A stretch of DNA of 59,921 nucleotides, counting the filler, from Sphacelaria rigidula (lineage: Eukaryota), in the NCBI GenBank assembly GCA_964200075.2. It is 3 parts of 3 records of this genome, joined end to end, with 100 filler letters (N's around TTAATTAATTAA, not from the genome) between each part and the next. Parts side by side here need not be neighbours in the genome. Positions count along the whole stretch, not along the records: positions 1 to 19,913 come from CAXNAA020000589.1; 2 more parts are not named here. One strand, given 5' to 3'. The first letter of the stretch is position 1, and each line of letters opens with the position of its first letter. The notes below the pieces were generated by a model, which saw only the letters and a program-made list of their open reading frames with translations, did not search any database and was not told the DNA's origin. Shown one piece after another: positions 1 through 12,907 of the stretch. The position numbers and the translations under genes were made by a program.

Positions 1-480
1 GTCATCGGCAGAGGGATAAGCAGAATTCACGACAGTAGCTCCTTTTGTCTTTCCACGGCCCACCTGGGTTTAGTGCCTCGTCAAAACAACCACATTGTGG
101 CAAGTACACTCCTTCCCGGTTTTCCCACGCCATCCTGTGTTAGTGTAACTACTACGTTTTAGTATAGGCTGGCGACCCCAAAAAACTCCTGGGAAACCCG
201 GGGAACGCTATATTGAATGCAAGTAATACGATAAGCCATGCTCCGAGCACCCTGGCTTTAAAAACCTGGGAAGGATTATCTGGGCCAGGGATAGGCCCCC
301 CACACATTCTTTGCAGTGACATCACACTCGGTAACAGCCCCCGCGCTGGTCGTTCGGGTCTGGTCGATAAATTTCGCCTCGCCGTGATTGGGCAGGTCGC
401 TCCCTGACTTGTTTTTTATTATTTCACCAAGACATGGTCAACCTTGTGTTAGTGAGGGGTCGGTCCCATGCGAAAGGGTT

Positions 481-780
481 AATAGGACGAGCACTCGAGT
501 CATTACTCGCTATGAAGAAAATGATAGGGCGAGCACTCGAGTCATTGCTTGTTGTGGGAACAAAATATTAGGGCGAGCACTCGAGTCATTGCTCGTGGTG
601 GGAAAAAAATAATAGAGCGAGCACTCGAGTCATTGCTCGTTGTGGAAAAAATTAATAGGGCGAGCACTCGAGTCATTGCTCGTTGTAAAAAAAGTAATGA
701 CTCGAGCACACGAGTCATGCTCGTTGTGTTTTTAAAAAACATCTACGAGTGCACTCGTTTCGACGAGTAATGACTCGTCC
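481..780. repeat. Tandem array of ~43-bp units with a palindromic core (6 units plus inverted half-units)
   Basis: CGAGCACTCGAGTCATTGCTCG-type cores start at 488, 530, 574, 618, 661 and 703, separated by A-rich linkers. Confidence 0.9.
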
Positions 781-3399
781 GACGTGTGCAGTTGTTCCAT
801 TTGGAGCATCAATATCTGCGGAACTGCCAAGTTTGAGGATGATCTCAGCTTTTCCACGACAGATACAGGGGACACCGTCACGGGGCTCCCTGGGTTTTTC
901 GTGCGGATCATTAGCGAAAATTAGACGACGCCAACACCACGGCTGGGCCCCTGGGGGGTCAGTTAAAGTTCGGCAATCAATCAATCAAATCAAATCAATC
1001 AACACCGGGAATCACCAAAACATCACGGTTTCGGGTACAATTCGATCCCCGTAGTAACCGTTAAAAAAATATGTTTGTCTTGTTACATTCCCGTGCCGAT
1101 GACGATTACTACGATTTGAAGCATGTGGAGATTAGATGAAAATTGGGCTCGGGATTCGTAATTTTGATCTCGGAACAGTTTGAAGGGCGCTGATTGGTTG
1201 AGACACATGTTCGTCCATTGCGCCACCGCTACGGCCTTGAACAAAACTCCGACTGTGTCACCCTCTTCGTCTGTTCATTGCGGTCAGTATGATACAATAT
1301 ATGCGACTATTGGGTGCATATTGAGGAAGGCATTTGCTGATGACACAATTTTGGGTAATCACCATGAACCAGCTCGTACACAAATTACAGAACTTGTCGG
1401 GTACGGTATGGGAGGCTTACAGAAGTCACAGAGCTGTCGGGTACGGTAAATACCCGGCAAAATACCACGGGTACTGTATACAGAAAACCGTACCCTACAG
1501 AACGCAACACCGCATTATTTTCTTGTTAAGTTTGATGTCAGTACCATGGCAATCGCATGTATGTATGGACAATCATCACGAGCTTCAGGCACAAGCTCTA
1601 CAGTATCATACTGTCTGTGACATGATCAAGATCGTACCCTACGAGACTGTGATGCGGATCCCGATTCGTCTCAATGCACTCGTATATCGCTGCGGTGCAA
1701 CTTTTGTGTAGTGCGTTGTACTTGAACTGACGCCAGCCCCCGGTTACAAACGCTCAACGTCGGGTGCTGCATGTACGAATGTGTGCGTTTGCGATAAGCA
1801 GGATGAACTAACCACCATGCCACTAACGCACTGCTGCGTAACCATAACGAACAGCTGTTGATACAGTGAGCGCCTTTGATGAAACGTACCGCCATCAATC
1901 GGGGACCGACGCATTGCACCGCTAGCAGGTTGTGCAGCACACAATAGAGTAACGGTCGGCATCTTCATCCTGCTGTTGTCTGTATACTCGTATTCGCCAG
2001 TACCATGTTGTGTAACGGTTCTTTATACCGTACCTACTCACTGTTGTCTGTACCATTGTCCTCTCCTATCGTCTGTATATTGTTTGGCCATGCCTCGCCG
2101 ATCGTATCCGCTGGGAGCCTTCTCCTACCTGCGACATTCCATGGCTCACCCAAAGCAGAAGACTTCACTAGCGCCAGAGCAGGTAGCAACAAACCGAGGA
2201 TATCATAGCTCCTCGGCATGCCGGCACATCTCTGCACACATCATGCGGGCAGACCGCAGGGTATTTCGTGTTTTTTGTTTGGCACATCAACTTTGTCAGA
2301 CTCGTCATCGAACTCCGTCAAGGATTTACTCTCACGCGAGCACACACCACGTAGATGAGTACCGTGTTACTAGCTTATCCGACTGTTCACACCACCAGGA
2401 TACTCTGAATGAAGAGACCGAAAGGGTACTCTACATTGGGATTCGTCTGTCTACCCGTTTTCCTCATTGGTCGTGGACGGTCAGTGTGACAATAGTAGAT
2501 CGTTGTATATATATATTACGTGCATCTACTCGTAGATCCCCACTGACTGACGTCAACTTTTTTTGTTGCGGGATACCTGATCACATGATTCTGATTGGGA
2601 TCGCACATGCACCTGGCGGGATTTCTCTGAGACTTTCCGGCAATCTGGGCGAGATTTCCTGGTAACTTCAGGCAAGGTTACGCAAAAAGACTCCACTTCG
2701 ACTCTCACCCCATATATGTACATTCTCGGCCATTCGGGGAGGGGGGGGGGGGGATACCAAGTCCTACACAATAATAAAGCCACAGTTTCGCAGTAGTACT
2801 TTGTAATTTCTTCACTTACGAAACGACCTCTACAGTAATCTGATCCCGACGCCTTCCGTGGTCACAGGCTGACTACCCGATATATAGGGTAAAATAAAGT
2901 GAAAAATGAAATCGGACCCGAAAAAAAATATACACAGACTTGATTCAAGAAGAAAAAAAGGAAAAAACAAAGAAGAAAAAGAGGGGGGAAAACTGCTATA
3001 TTATTATAATAGCCCCCCAAGCTCCGATGCCGCATGCGACAATTCGGGCTACTCATTGGTCCACTCAACACGCGAAGCCAAACAGGAATGGAGCCAAACT
3101 CAAGAACCACGCGATCACTAGCCAAAGAGATAAGAATCGCAGGGTTCTATCATTGTACCTCCAGAGGGGCAGCCATGTGTAAGTATATACTATACGCATA
3201 ACAGTACAGGAAAAGCACCACATGACAACACACACCACCTCGGGGGAGGAGTGCATGAAAGTCGGCAAATACTGTATTAGGAAGAACAAAAGAAGGGGAA
3301 TAGATGGGGGTTCTACCACTTCCGCCGTGTTCAGTTCGGTACACGCTGGCTACGCATTTTCCCATATATATCCTCCCTGCTCTCCTCAAAGCTCCCGTC

Positions 3400-3787
3400 C
3401 AAAAGCACGTAGTCGGCTAGCCTTTTCCTCGATCTTGCGCCAAGAGATCATGAACCTCTCCGCTCCCCGCAGCACCCCCGTGTGTCATGATATCGCGCCC
3501 CCTTCCTTCTTCGCTGCTGTAGGCCAGAGGGCACTTTCGACTCCGAACGTCTGTCGCGGTTGTCGTCCGTAGAGCCGTTCGTGACTCCGAAACCTTGAAA
3601 ATCGTCCCACAGGCACTTGAGCCGGTGTTCCTCAGGGTACCCTGGTCCTGAATCCTCCCCCCCACTAGTGTTCCGAATGCCAGTCGGTTCGGTAGTCGTC
3701 CATCTGGTTGTCCAGCTAGGGCTCCCCGTTGCCGGACGATGGCTTCAGCGCTTTGGCATCCGGTCTTAGAATCTGAGATAGAACTCG
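3400..3787 (-). mobile_element. RTE-like LINE 3' fragment (decayed)
   Basis: Minus-strand pieces KTGCQSAEAIVRQR, DGRLPNRLAFGTLVGG and FGVESALWPTAAKKEG..GVLRGAERFMISWRK resemble the post-RT C-terminus of RTE-clade ORF2. Confidence 0.6.
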
Positions 3788-3977
3788 GGACGTGTCTCAG
3801 CACGTGGGTTTTCGATCGAAAATGTGCGGTGGAAAACAAAAGTCCCGATCTGATAGGTCGTCATTTCAACCATCATCGAGGAGTTTGAAAATGGTTGAAA
3901 TCACGACCTATCAGATCGGGAATTTTGTTTGCCACCGCATGTTTTCGATCGAAAGCTGATGTGCTAAGACACGGCCT
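3788..3977. mobile_element. Fold-back MITE-like element (~83-bp arms, ~17-nt loop)
   Basis: 3791-3873 pairs with 3891-3973 (CGTGTCT.AGCAC...CCCGATCTGATAGGTCGT.ATTTCAACCAT) with scattered mismatches. Confidence 0.75.
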
Positions 3978-3986
3978 TACATTTAC

Positions 3987-4184
3987 TTAACCCTTAGGCC
4001 GCGAGATTAGTATTTCTGGATCATGCATACTTTTCTCAATTGAAATTGATGCCGATTCAACAGAAGACTAACTTTGCGGTCTAAGGGTTACCGCGAGGGT
4101 AGTCTACCTGGATCATGGATACTTTTTTCAAGTGAAATTGATGCCGATTCAACAGATGACCTACTCTCGCTGTCGAAGGGTTAA
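3987..4184. mobile_element. piggyBac-like MITE, tandem dimer flanked by TTAA
   Basis: TTAA|CCCTTAGGCCGCGAG...TTTGCGGTCTAAGGG|TTA, then a second unit ending TCGAAGGG|TTAA. The core CTGGATCATG.ATACTTTT...TTGATGCCGATTCAACAGA also occurs at 10767-10835. Confidence 0.7.
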
Positions 4185-5037
4185 CTTGAAGGTACAAAAT
4201 CACACAACATGTATGTCCCAGCGGTCTACAAAATTGCACACCCTGGACAAAATAGTACATGGTCAAAAAGCGTACTGCGTACAGTATGTAATATGTTGTC
4301 TATTATTGCAATAGACGTGATCGTCGACACTGTTGTACACTTCTTGACAATGGATCCATTCCCTGTTCCATCGTCCAGGGCGTGAAAGTTTTTGCGAGCA
4401 TGATTCTGTCTCACATCTCGCTTCTCGTATCACACACCTCGGAAGTCGATACCGCGTCTTATATTCCATATGGCCCGACCGCTCCTACATTTTCCCATGG
4501 CAGTGGCACGTATCACCCATCGCTATATATGCACATGTGATAGCTATCAGCTGCAACAGGGCATCAAACGTAACATCAAAATGTGATCTGCGATGTATCA
4601 TTAGCTTCGATGAGGCCATATTGATTTTCATGACAGAGATGGACGGGGTATTTTTTGGCAGTTCGCCCATTTTTCCAAGTGCAATTGACCCGCACAGCGA
4701 TTTTTTGTATCCTCATGCTGCTGTGTCGTCTCCCTCACCATCACGGCCCAAAACTCTCCCCACACAATGATGGGTGAAGTCGGTTTACTTGCATGACGTT
4801 CCGACGCTCTCACTGGAGTAGTGTGCCAAGTAATTTACGGCATGGTGGTGTTGAACGAGTGGCCGTATGGTGCCGCGGGTAACAAATTCTGGAATACGTT
4901 GTGTCTCAAAGGTTCCAATTATCGATGAGATTTTTTGGTGGTGCTTGGGTGGTGGAGTGGCCGCGCCTAATGCAAGAGAGATGCCTGGCTTCAATTACTG
5001 GTGCTATGTGTGGAAACGCTAGAGGCACAGCCGCCGC

Positions 5038-5117
5038 GCCCCGGTGGTGTAATGGTCCATCTGTGGCAATTAGGGTAGAGAGAGCGGAGGTTCGATTCCC
5101 GATGCGTTGCGTTTTTT
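5038..5117 (+). pseudogene. tRNA-like Pol III relic (tRNA pseudogene or SINE head)
   Basis: A box TGGTGTAATGG (5045-5055) and B box GGTTCGATTCC (5089-5099) at tRNA spacing, then a T6 run; stems are poorly paired. Confidence 0.4.
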
Positions 5118-5342
5118 CTTCGTAATATATGATTTCCACAGTGGAAAAGCGTGAGAACGTGAGTGAACAAAGTAGTCGACTGGGTTTGTGTTACGTGAGT
5201 TGAGGCGGTGCGGGAGTGCTGATCCAATCCGCGAGACCAAAATGAAAGGCACGTACCGGGGGGGAAATGCGTGGATCCCTTGAGACCACGGGCTCATTCC
5301 GAGGAAGGGGAGGGGTTCAAAGTGTGGGGGGAAAATTAATAA

Positions 5343-5423
5343 ATCTCAAACTCGAGGCCCCCGGTAAATTTGACGGCAATTTACCGCCAAATTTACCGGG
5401 GGCCTCGAGTGTGAGATACCTCT
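5343..5423. repeat. Near-perfect palindrome (34-bp stem, 7-nt loop) related to the 9842 MITE ends
   Basis: ATCTCAAACTCGAGGCCCCCGGTAAATTTGACGG-CAATTTA-CCGCCAAATTTACCGGGGGCCTCGAGTGTGAGATACCTCTA. Confidence 0.8.
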
Positions 5424-6593
5424 ACTGGCATGGATGGCATTGCCCCGTGCTCATGTCGGCACCGTAAGCGAGCCGTAGGCGCTGGTTTAAGCTAACAAGG
5501 TGCTCTGCGCACGTTTTGAACCGTTTCGCATGAACTCTGCCGATCGAGGAGATGTGAGCGCTGGGCGTACCTTGGGGACCTACCTCGCGACGATTTGAAT
5601 ATTTATTGTGGTGGAGTAGGTAGGCTGGCTCCTGTGGGGGGTTCTGTATTCATTTTCCGCGGGAGCTCAACGGACGCATGACTGCCTTGGGGCCAATTTG
5701 GATGTACATATGTTGAACTACCAGAGTGAGGTGCTCAGTCAAGGGGTGAACACTGTCATCTCAGGCCTAGACACAAACCGAGAATCGCGATAGATAGGAG
5801 TGGACGGTCAAGAGATCGCGCTCAGCGTACATGTCGAGAATCATTCGCCGTACGTTTACTGGAGGGGAATGGGAGAGGTCATAATATGTGCGTGCGTCGT
5901 GTTGTTCTCTGGTTTATTCTGGACGCCGGTCTACACCTTTCGGTATATGTGGGCGCACCAGCCGGGGTCACACAGGAGGAAGGCCAAAACAGGAGTTTGT
6001 TTCTTTTATTATTTGTTTTCGTACTCCACCCTCCCTCTGCGGCGCTTGCTTTTCTTTTCGGGTTCAGCAGTCTCTTTCCCCCCCCTCGATCGTCAAGTCG
6101 AATTTTGTGTACCCACGACATAGTCGCTCTCCACTGTCGGGTACTGTGTGAGAAAAAATCCCAAACTGCTCCGATACTGGAACCCACGATCCAGCCGTCA
6201 AAGGGTTTTGAGGTTAACAACTGAGCCACCGGGGCGACCAGTCATATAGACCACAAAAAGGGTGTGTGTGGAGTGTGGAGGGGTTCTCGTTTTCTCCAAC
6301 CCTCCGTCCCGAGCGAATGGTTGAAAATACACCCTATTTTCGTTGAACGGTCGAGTGAGCGGGTGCGGAACAATCGATTTGTATGAGCGCAATCGTTCGA
6401 AGTAACTTATTCAGGATTGTCGCGGAAGATCTGATTCTTGAGAAACTACAGGGAAACCATCTCGCCCCCAGCCGATTACCACACTCCACACACACGCGCA
6501 CAGTCTCGATCCAGCGGAGGAGGCGATATTGCTGTGAAGTTTGGAGTGTGGTCAGATCACACCAACAAGTGGTCTCCACGACAAAGCTGAACC

Positions 6594-9500
6594 ATGGCTC
6601 GTCAAACGGCCGGGGCGCATGCTGGGAACCGTGTGTATAAAGGTGAGATTTACTTTTTGCCTCTACCCTCACCCCGAAAGCGTTCACATTTGTGTATACC
6701 AGTTCTATTTTTGATCAGAAAACATTCATTTATCATCCTTGAGTCAAATGGATAACGTTGTTTTTTCCAGCCTCGGCTTTGCTCGATCCCTCGCGTACCA
6801 CAGAAATAACTAGAGGGTAGTGCATTGAGAGTTTTGTCCAGAGGGGAAACGCATCTTGCTGTGTGCTTTGCTTGTGCCTAAACTTGCCTTGTTTTGACAC
6901 ATATAAATACGAACACCTGAACACATAGGAACGCTCGGGCTGTATAGAATGGCCCGGTTGTTGTTCGGATGAAACTCGCCCGAAACAATCGTTTGAAAGA
7001 GGAGGACACACGTGGTTGTACCCAACTCATGTCGCCCTTGCGTCCTGATCATGGTCCGCTGACCGCACGGTGTCACAACGAAATTGCTGGACGGTAGGCA
7101 AGGTTCATATCTTCCTTTCAAGATGGAATCGAGTATTCGAGGTGGGGGGCGATTCTTCACCTGCTCTTGGTATGCCTGTTCTTGGCCGTGCGTGATGAGC
7201 CACGGTTTGCGCCCCTTGTCTGCGAATAAACATCGCATTTGTGTTCTAGCTCCATGCCCCGTAGCGCACCTCGAGAATGGTTGGTGGTCCGAATATCGAA
7301 CATCACGTGAAGATAAGGGGTGTACTCAAAGCTCTACGCGTACACCGCATCACTTGACATCTCCTACGGAGCGGTCGCTCCCGGTTGTACGCATGGTGAA
7401 CACTCCCGCTTCTTGCCTTGCAGAAGAGGGAGCTAGCCACCTATTCCCAGCGCTAACGCGCTAATACCGGAACCCGCACTGCATAGATGTACGTGAAGAA
7501 AAACCGGCCCTCCGTTCCACCACTCAGGACTGTGCTTGATGCCTGTTGGGAATCGGCAGTGACGTGGCAACCAAAGATCCAACGAGATTGTTGTGTTTGC
7601 TCGTGGCTCGGGACAGCAGCTTGGCAAACCGTTGCATTATTTGAACATAATACAGCGTGTCAGTATGATGAGCTAGTCTCGCCGTGTTGATCACCGGAGC
7701 ACAGCAGTATGGTGGGCGGATAAAATACAAGTCCAGAGACGGCGAGACTACAAGCTGCGGTGGTTTGGCCGATAGCTGAAATAGTAGAGACAACTCTTTG
7801 AGGAAGCCAACCTTTTCCCGTCATCGAACAGATGCGTCGGGCACAGTATCGAGGACACAACAGTGAAAGACAAACGTGGGGCATCATGGGTCCACGTGGG
7901 CACTTGCACTTGAATATTGAGCGTTTGTGTTGTCGTCTGGTGATGCCCTACCATATCGCTCCCATCCTTCGTAGTTGTTCGAGTGTTTCCGTTGGTAGTG
8001 CGATAGTGTGGTTGGTACTCGCAATCAAGAAGTATGCCAACCAGACGGGACACCCACCCTGGCGCAAAACCGTATTGTCCTTTGTATGTACCAATGCTCT
8101 CGTTACGTTACGGTAGTATCAAACATGGGCCTGGGTCTCGTGACATGTGAAGGGGGGAAACTGTACCCATGAGCACACGACTAATGGAGTTGCTCCACGA
8201 GCTTTCAGAGACGGTACAAAATTACAGGACAGCAGGGCTCGGAGCATGAGGGGTGACCCCCTCTCACAATGACCAGTGTTCGTGATCTTGAAATTGTCGA
8301 GAGTTCATCTCGAGTTTGTACCTGTGCTGCAAGTCTATACCTCCACGGGCTGTCCGCTCGCGCAGACTGCACAAGGATGTGCTGAGCCCCTAGCATCGAA
8401 AATTCGCAAACAAACATGATCCTATAACCAAACGATCTCCCTCTCACATGCATATTCCGAGTAGCTTGGAATTTTACCTGCCATTGAACTATAACCAAAC
8501 GATCTCCCTCTCACATGCATATTCCGAGTAGCTTGGATCTTTACCTGCCATTGAACAAGAAGGAAAAGGATACTCGTGTCACCACCGTTCTTCTCTCTGG
8601 TAGAGACACCATTGGGCACTTGTTCACGATTACCTGAGCCCGAACCTTGGTTCACAATCTCATGGAACATAAATACAGCCCGTAAGCGCAGCACAGCAGG
8701 CACGGCATCATGAAGTGTCACCGTTCTCTACTATAGCAGTGGTTCTACTGTTGTGGACAACACGATACGGTGTACAAACTGTTCTGTTTGCTTTCGTTGG
8801 ATACCTCGGGTATCTATCTTTTATCTTGCGACAATGACGGCTTTGTTGATCTCTCAGATCGCACCGCGTTTCATCTCCCATTGATTTCAGTATGTACACC
8901 ATTGAATATTAGCAAGACATCGTCCCTGTTCACTGGTGAAGGAGTACAGTAGCGTGTGACAGGGCGCGAGCCTTGGCTCGGTGAAATGCAGTGACGGCCG
9001 ATGCAGCCATCTATGGTTCTGATATCTTGACGGTGTAACTGTACTACCTGGATTCTGACCTCAACGCCGCGAACCGGATCGGTTGTTACAATCCCTGAGT
9101 GCAAAGCGAAATAGCCCGGGCATGTTCTGTCCACTATGGCCGGTTGAACAACGTCTTTGACAGTAGTTGGATTTGATGAGTATTCTACTCTTGATTTCTA
9201 CAATACCGCGGCTGCTTCGGGTAAAGCGAGGGATGGGAGACCCTAGCCCGCTGAACAGCTCTCTGAAGTATTGGAGATCCCACCCGTCGTGCGGGGCAAC
9301 TTCCACATTTCCCCCGAAAAAGGTACTCGAGCGCCATCTGGGGAACTAGAAGATCAAGTCGGAGCGGTGCTATGGTATGTGCGCACAAATATCTCCTGAG
9401 GTTGGCATTGTTGGGAGCCCTGTATCTCATCCAAAAACGGCCTGTGAAATATGTGAGGGCGGCCACGATCGATCGGCGTCAGCATTCCTATACGCTAGGA

Positions 9501-12500
9501 ATACCTCGAATTTGAAAGCCCGCATGTCCTGAACCATGTTCTTGTGCAGCTCCCAACTTTAGGAGCTCCTGAATGGGAAAGATCTGGGTCCACATGTGCA
9601 ATCCCTTCCGTAGCATGGCTCGTCGATACTCTCAGGTCTTCAACTCTACTGCCACCCGGTCTGAGTGATCATGTGAGGCTTGTGCCCGTCTCAAGCGAAG
9701 GTTGTGCGTCTTTCTCACTGGAGTATTTTCCGTCCTAGTCAGAGATTAGCAGGGCTATTCCGACAGATTCGGCATGTGCATATTCCGTACAGGCCGCGGT
9801 AGACCTTCCTTCCTGACCAAAGGTCATGGCACGAGTCTCACTAGAGGTGTCTCAAACTCGAAGTTCCCGGTATACTTTCCAGTAGTTTACAGTCAAGCTT
9901 ACCATAAACCTGCAGAAACCCAGAGTTTGAAATTAGTGGTAAAAGTCGGGGTTTCTGGCAGATTTGACTGTAAATTACGGTGGTATATGCCGCGAACCAC
10001 GAGTTTGAGATACATCCATCATGGCATACCCCTTGTTTTTTTCCACGGTGTGGTCTCATTAAAACGTGTCGCTTCAGGGAAAACTGCTATGGTTCAGAGG
10101 GAGATAGTGCCGGTAAGCGGGTTATTATGGCATTTGAGTGGCGCCAGTCCGTACCTTGTTGAGAAGAAATCACCAAAAAAAAAGCGAGAAACGAAACAAG
10201 CGTCCAAAAGCAGCACCTTGATTGGTCGCCGGGCGGGCAAAACCGTTCATCTTGCTTTTTTTTACGTTGATTTCGTCTCTCGTTTCTTACTTTTCGGTAT
10301 TCTTTTCGGTCCCGTTAACGCTCGGACCACGAGGAACAGTATATTGGTGGAATTGAGACTCGATTACGAAAATGAGACCGAGATGGTTGTGGGCAATTAG
10401 GGTAGCAAACAACCCAGAATGGCGTGTTTCATTATGGACTTTTTTTCTTCCAGTGATCACGGTCAACCAGGAGAAAAAAATCCGATATCCCGTCCATGGT
10501 TGTCGACATATCAAGCGAACACGGTTGATATCCGAGGATATGGTTCCAGGGTTTGCGGGAAATGTAAGGTTTCACCTGGTAAATCGCGCTGAATTCGAAC
10601 TGTGTCCGATTCCGACGGCAGTACCATCAAATTGACCGCCTTTTCAAGATGAAAAAAAAGTTCCTCTGTGGAACATGCCATTTGGCAGTCTGTGCCTCCG
10701 AAATCGATGAGAACCTACCCAGTCTCCTTCGGCAGTAGAGTCTAAATTTTACCAGTACACTGTTAAGGGTAGTCCATCTGGATCATGTATAATTTTTTCA
10801 AGTGGAATCATTGCCGATTCAACAGATCAACTAATCCCAGACACGCTGTCTATCTCAACGGGACGAAAAAAAGAGGCGTGGGGAGAGGAGCAAGGGGTCC
10901 CAGAACAGAATTTTGATTGGTCGCCGCGAACAGAGCGACCGCCGCACGGTCGCCGCGACCAATCAATCAAGACGCTGCTTTCCAACCCTTGCTTTCCTCT
11001 CCGCCGCTTTTTTCTGATTGATTTTAGGTGGGTCCTTGCGCTATGGTTCAGGAGAATGGCAGTGTTCCCGTTTGGAACATGTACAAGCGACGGCAATTTA
11101 TACGCATGGCCTAGCGGAAGTACGAATTTCGTCAAAATTGACGTGTACCAGGACAAAATTTGCTGAACTATATTGGCGGGCGAAGCCCGCATCACAAGCC
11201 AAACCTTCCAAACACAGATGAGGGTAACCCAAAGTGACTGGAAAGAAGCGTGACATATGGCCGAGCGTTTAAACTCGGCACTGGCCCAAAATTGAGCCCA
11301 TCTAAAGCGGGATTTTACAAATTGGGGATGGATTATTTATCGAAGATGAAAACCCGGAGAATTAAAAGCTTCGTTTCCACACTGACCTTGTTGTCTTGAC
11401 GGATAATCGCCGGCCATAGTCGTTCATACTGTATGTAGGCACTCGCGGCGTGAACGAGGGGAGGGGGGGGGAGGAGGTGATCCCATGGAAAAAAGGGTCA
11501 TGGGTGTGTCAGACGACCTGACACACTCGCGGTGCGCTTGTATTTGGGTGACAACGGTGTCAAGCAGTGTCAATGAGTGTGATACTTATTGGTAACAGCC
11601 GCGGTCGAACAACTGTTGCTTTTGCGGAAGAAATCTTCCCCCCACCCACCTCCTCGTATCGTAGGATGACTCGAACGCAAACCCTGGACACCTAGCCGTC
11701 TACGAGGCCGACCCTCGAGCAAAAATCACGTGATGAACGATGTTACTGAAGCGTTCGCGTCTCCGTGATAATATAGGCTCACCTTCTGCTCCCTTTCTAA
11801 TATTTATATATATTGCTACTCGTACATTAATACATGCAAGATGGTCAGAGTCATGCATGCTCATGTCCCAAATAGGATTTCTCACGAAGGAAGTGGCACG
11901 TTGCGCATTCTTACCTTTCTCTCACGACAAAAACACATCAGACGTCTTGGACCGTATCATTTCACAAGTACTACTTTCGTGTCTATCGCATGTTGTTTTT
12001 ATCGTGTTCCGACAGGGGGGCTGGTGGGCTTGGCGTGCCTGATAGCGAGGGTAACCGCCCAGGAAGTATTGAGCGAGATGGAGTTTGTGCTTCCACTCTA
12101 CATCGCACCCAAGTACGAGAACGGAACATTGGGTGAGAGTCGATTCATCTAGAAGCACCCATGAAGCGTTTCAGTACTGAATCTTGCTCGATTCAGTTGG
12201 GCCGCTTCTCATGATCCCAAAAGGTCTCCTGAATGAAATGCCTTCCTTTTTGACCCTTGCGATTTGTCGTTTTACGCCCGAAGTGAGGGTTAGGCGATTT
12301 TGACAACCTTGAAAAGACCTGATGCACTTATTGAGACGGCTCGAGGGTAACCTTGCGTTTTCCGGTGGTCACAGTAATGGTTCCAGTCGAAGTTGGTCAA
12401 TTTTGGACAGCCCAGAAAAAAAACGACGTTTTCGGTACGTTTGCGCTCAGTCAGGTAGCATTTTCCGGGTTTGGGATTTAGCGTGGAAAGCTCCGAATCT

Positions 12501-12870
12501 GGTTCAGGGTGAAACTTCGTGCACCGGAAAACCATCAAATGTGTCGGAATCAATGCCTTCGGATAGCAGACCTACAGCAACTCACTCCGAGGTCGCAAAA
12601 TTTGCCTAGTCCTCTTCCCAGCGAACAGGTCGCGGAAGGGCCAGGAAGGCACTTATTGGCAAGACGTTTTCCTCCGAAACCATCAGCCGCCAAATGCCCG
12701 CGGCTTTTACCCTTACGGTGGGACGTAGCTAAGATGGTTTATCGCATGGAAGGTGGGCTGACTCACCCGGTCATCCACCAATCACCCCACGATAACGCGG
12801 TCAACGATTATCACAGTTCGTGCAGCTTCTTCGGTTGACTCACTCGAGATAAACCGCGGTCCACCAACGA

Positions 12871-12907
<37 letters not shown>

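Noticed and set aside
481-780. True CRISPR array
   Set aside because: The linkers are only ~15-20 nt, A-rich and similar to each other; there are no cas genes and the context is eukaryotic.
1976-2665. 229-aa + strand ORF
   Set aside because: Non-ATG start, no recognisable domain and no convincing splice signals; probably a chance ORF over repeat debris.
10913-10966. Inverted CCAAT boxes as a promoter
   Set aside because: Lies inside the proposed first intron and the motif recurs at ~10219; more likely small repeat debris, with no supporting evidence.
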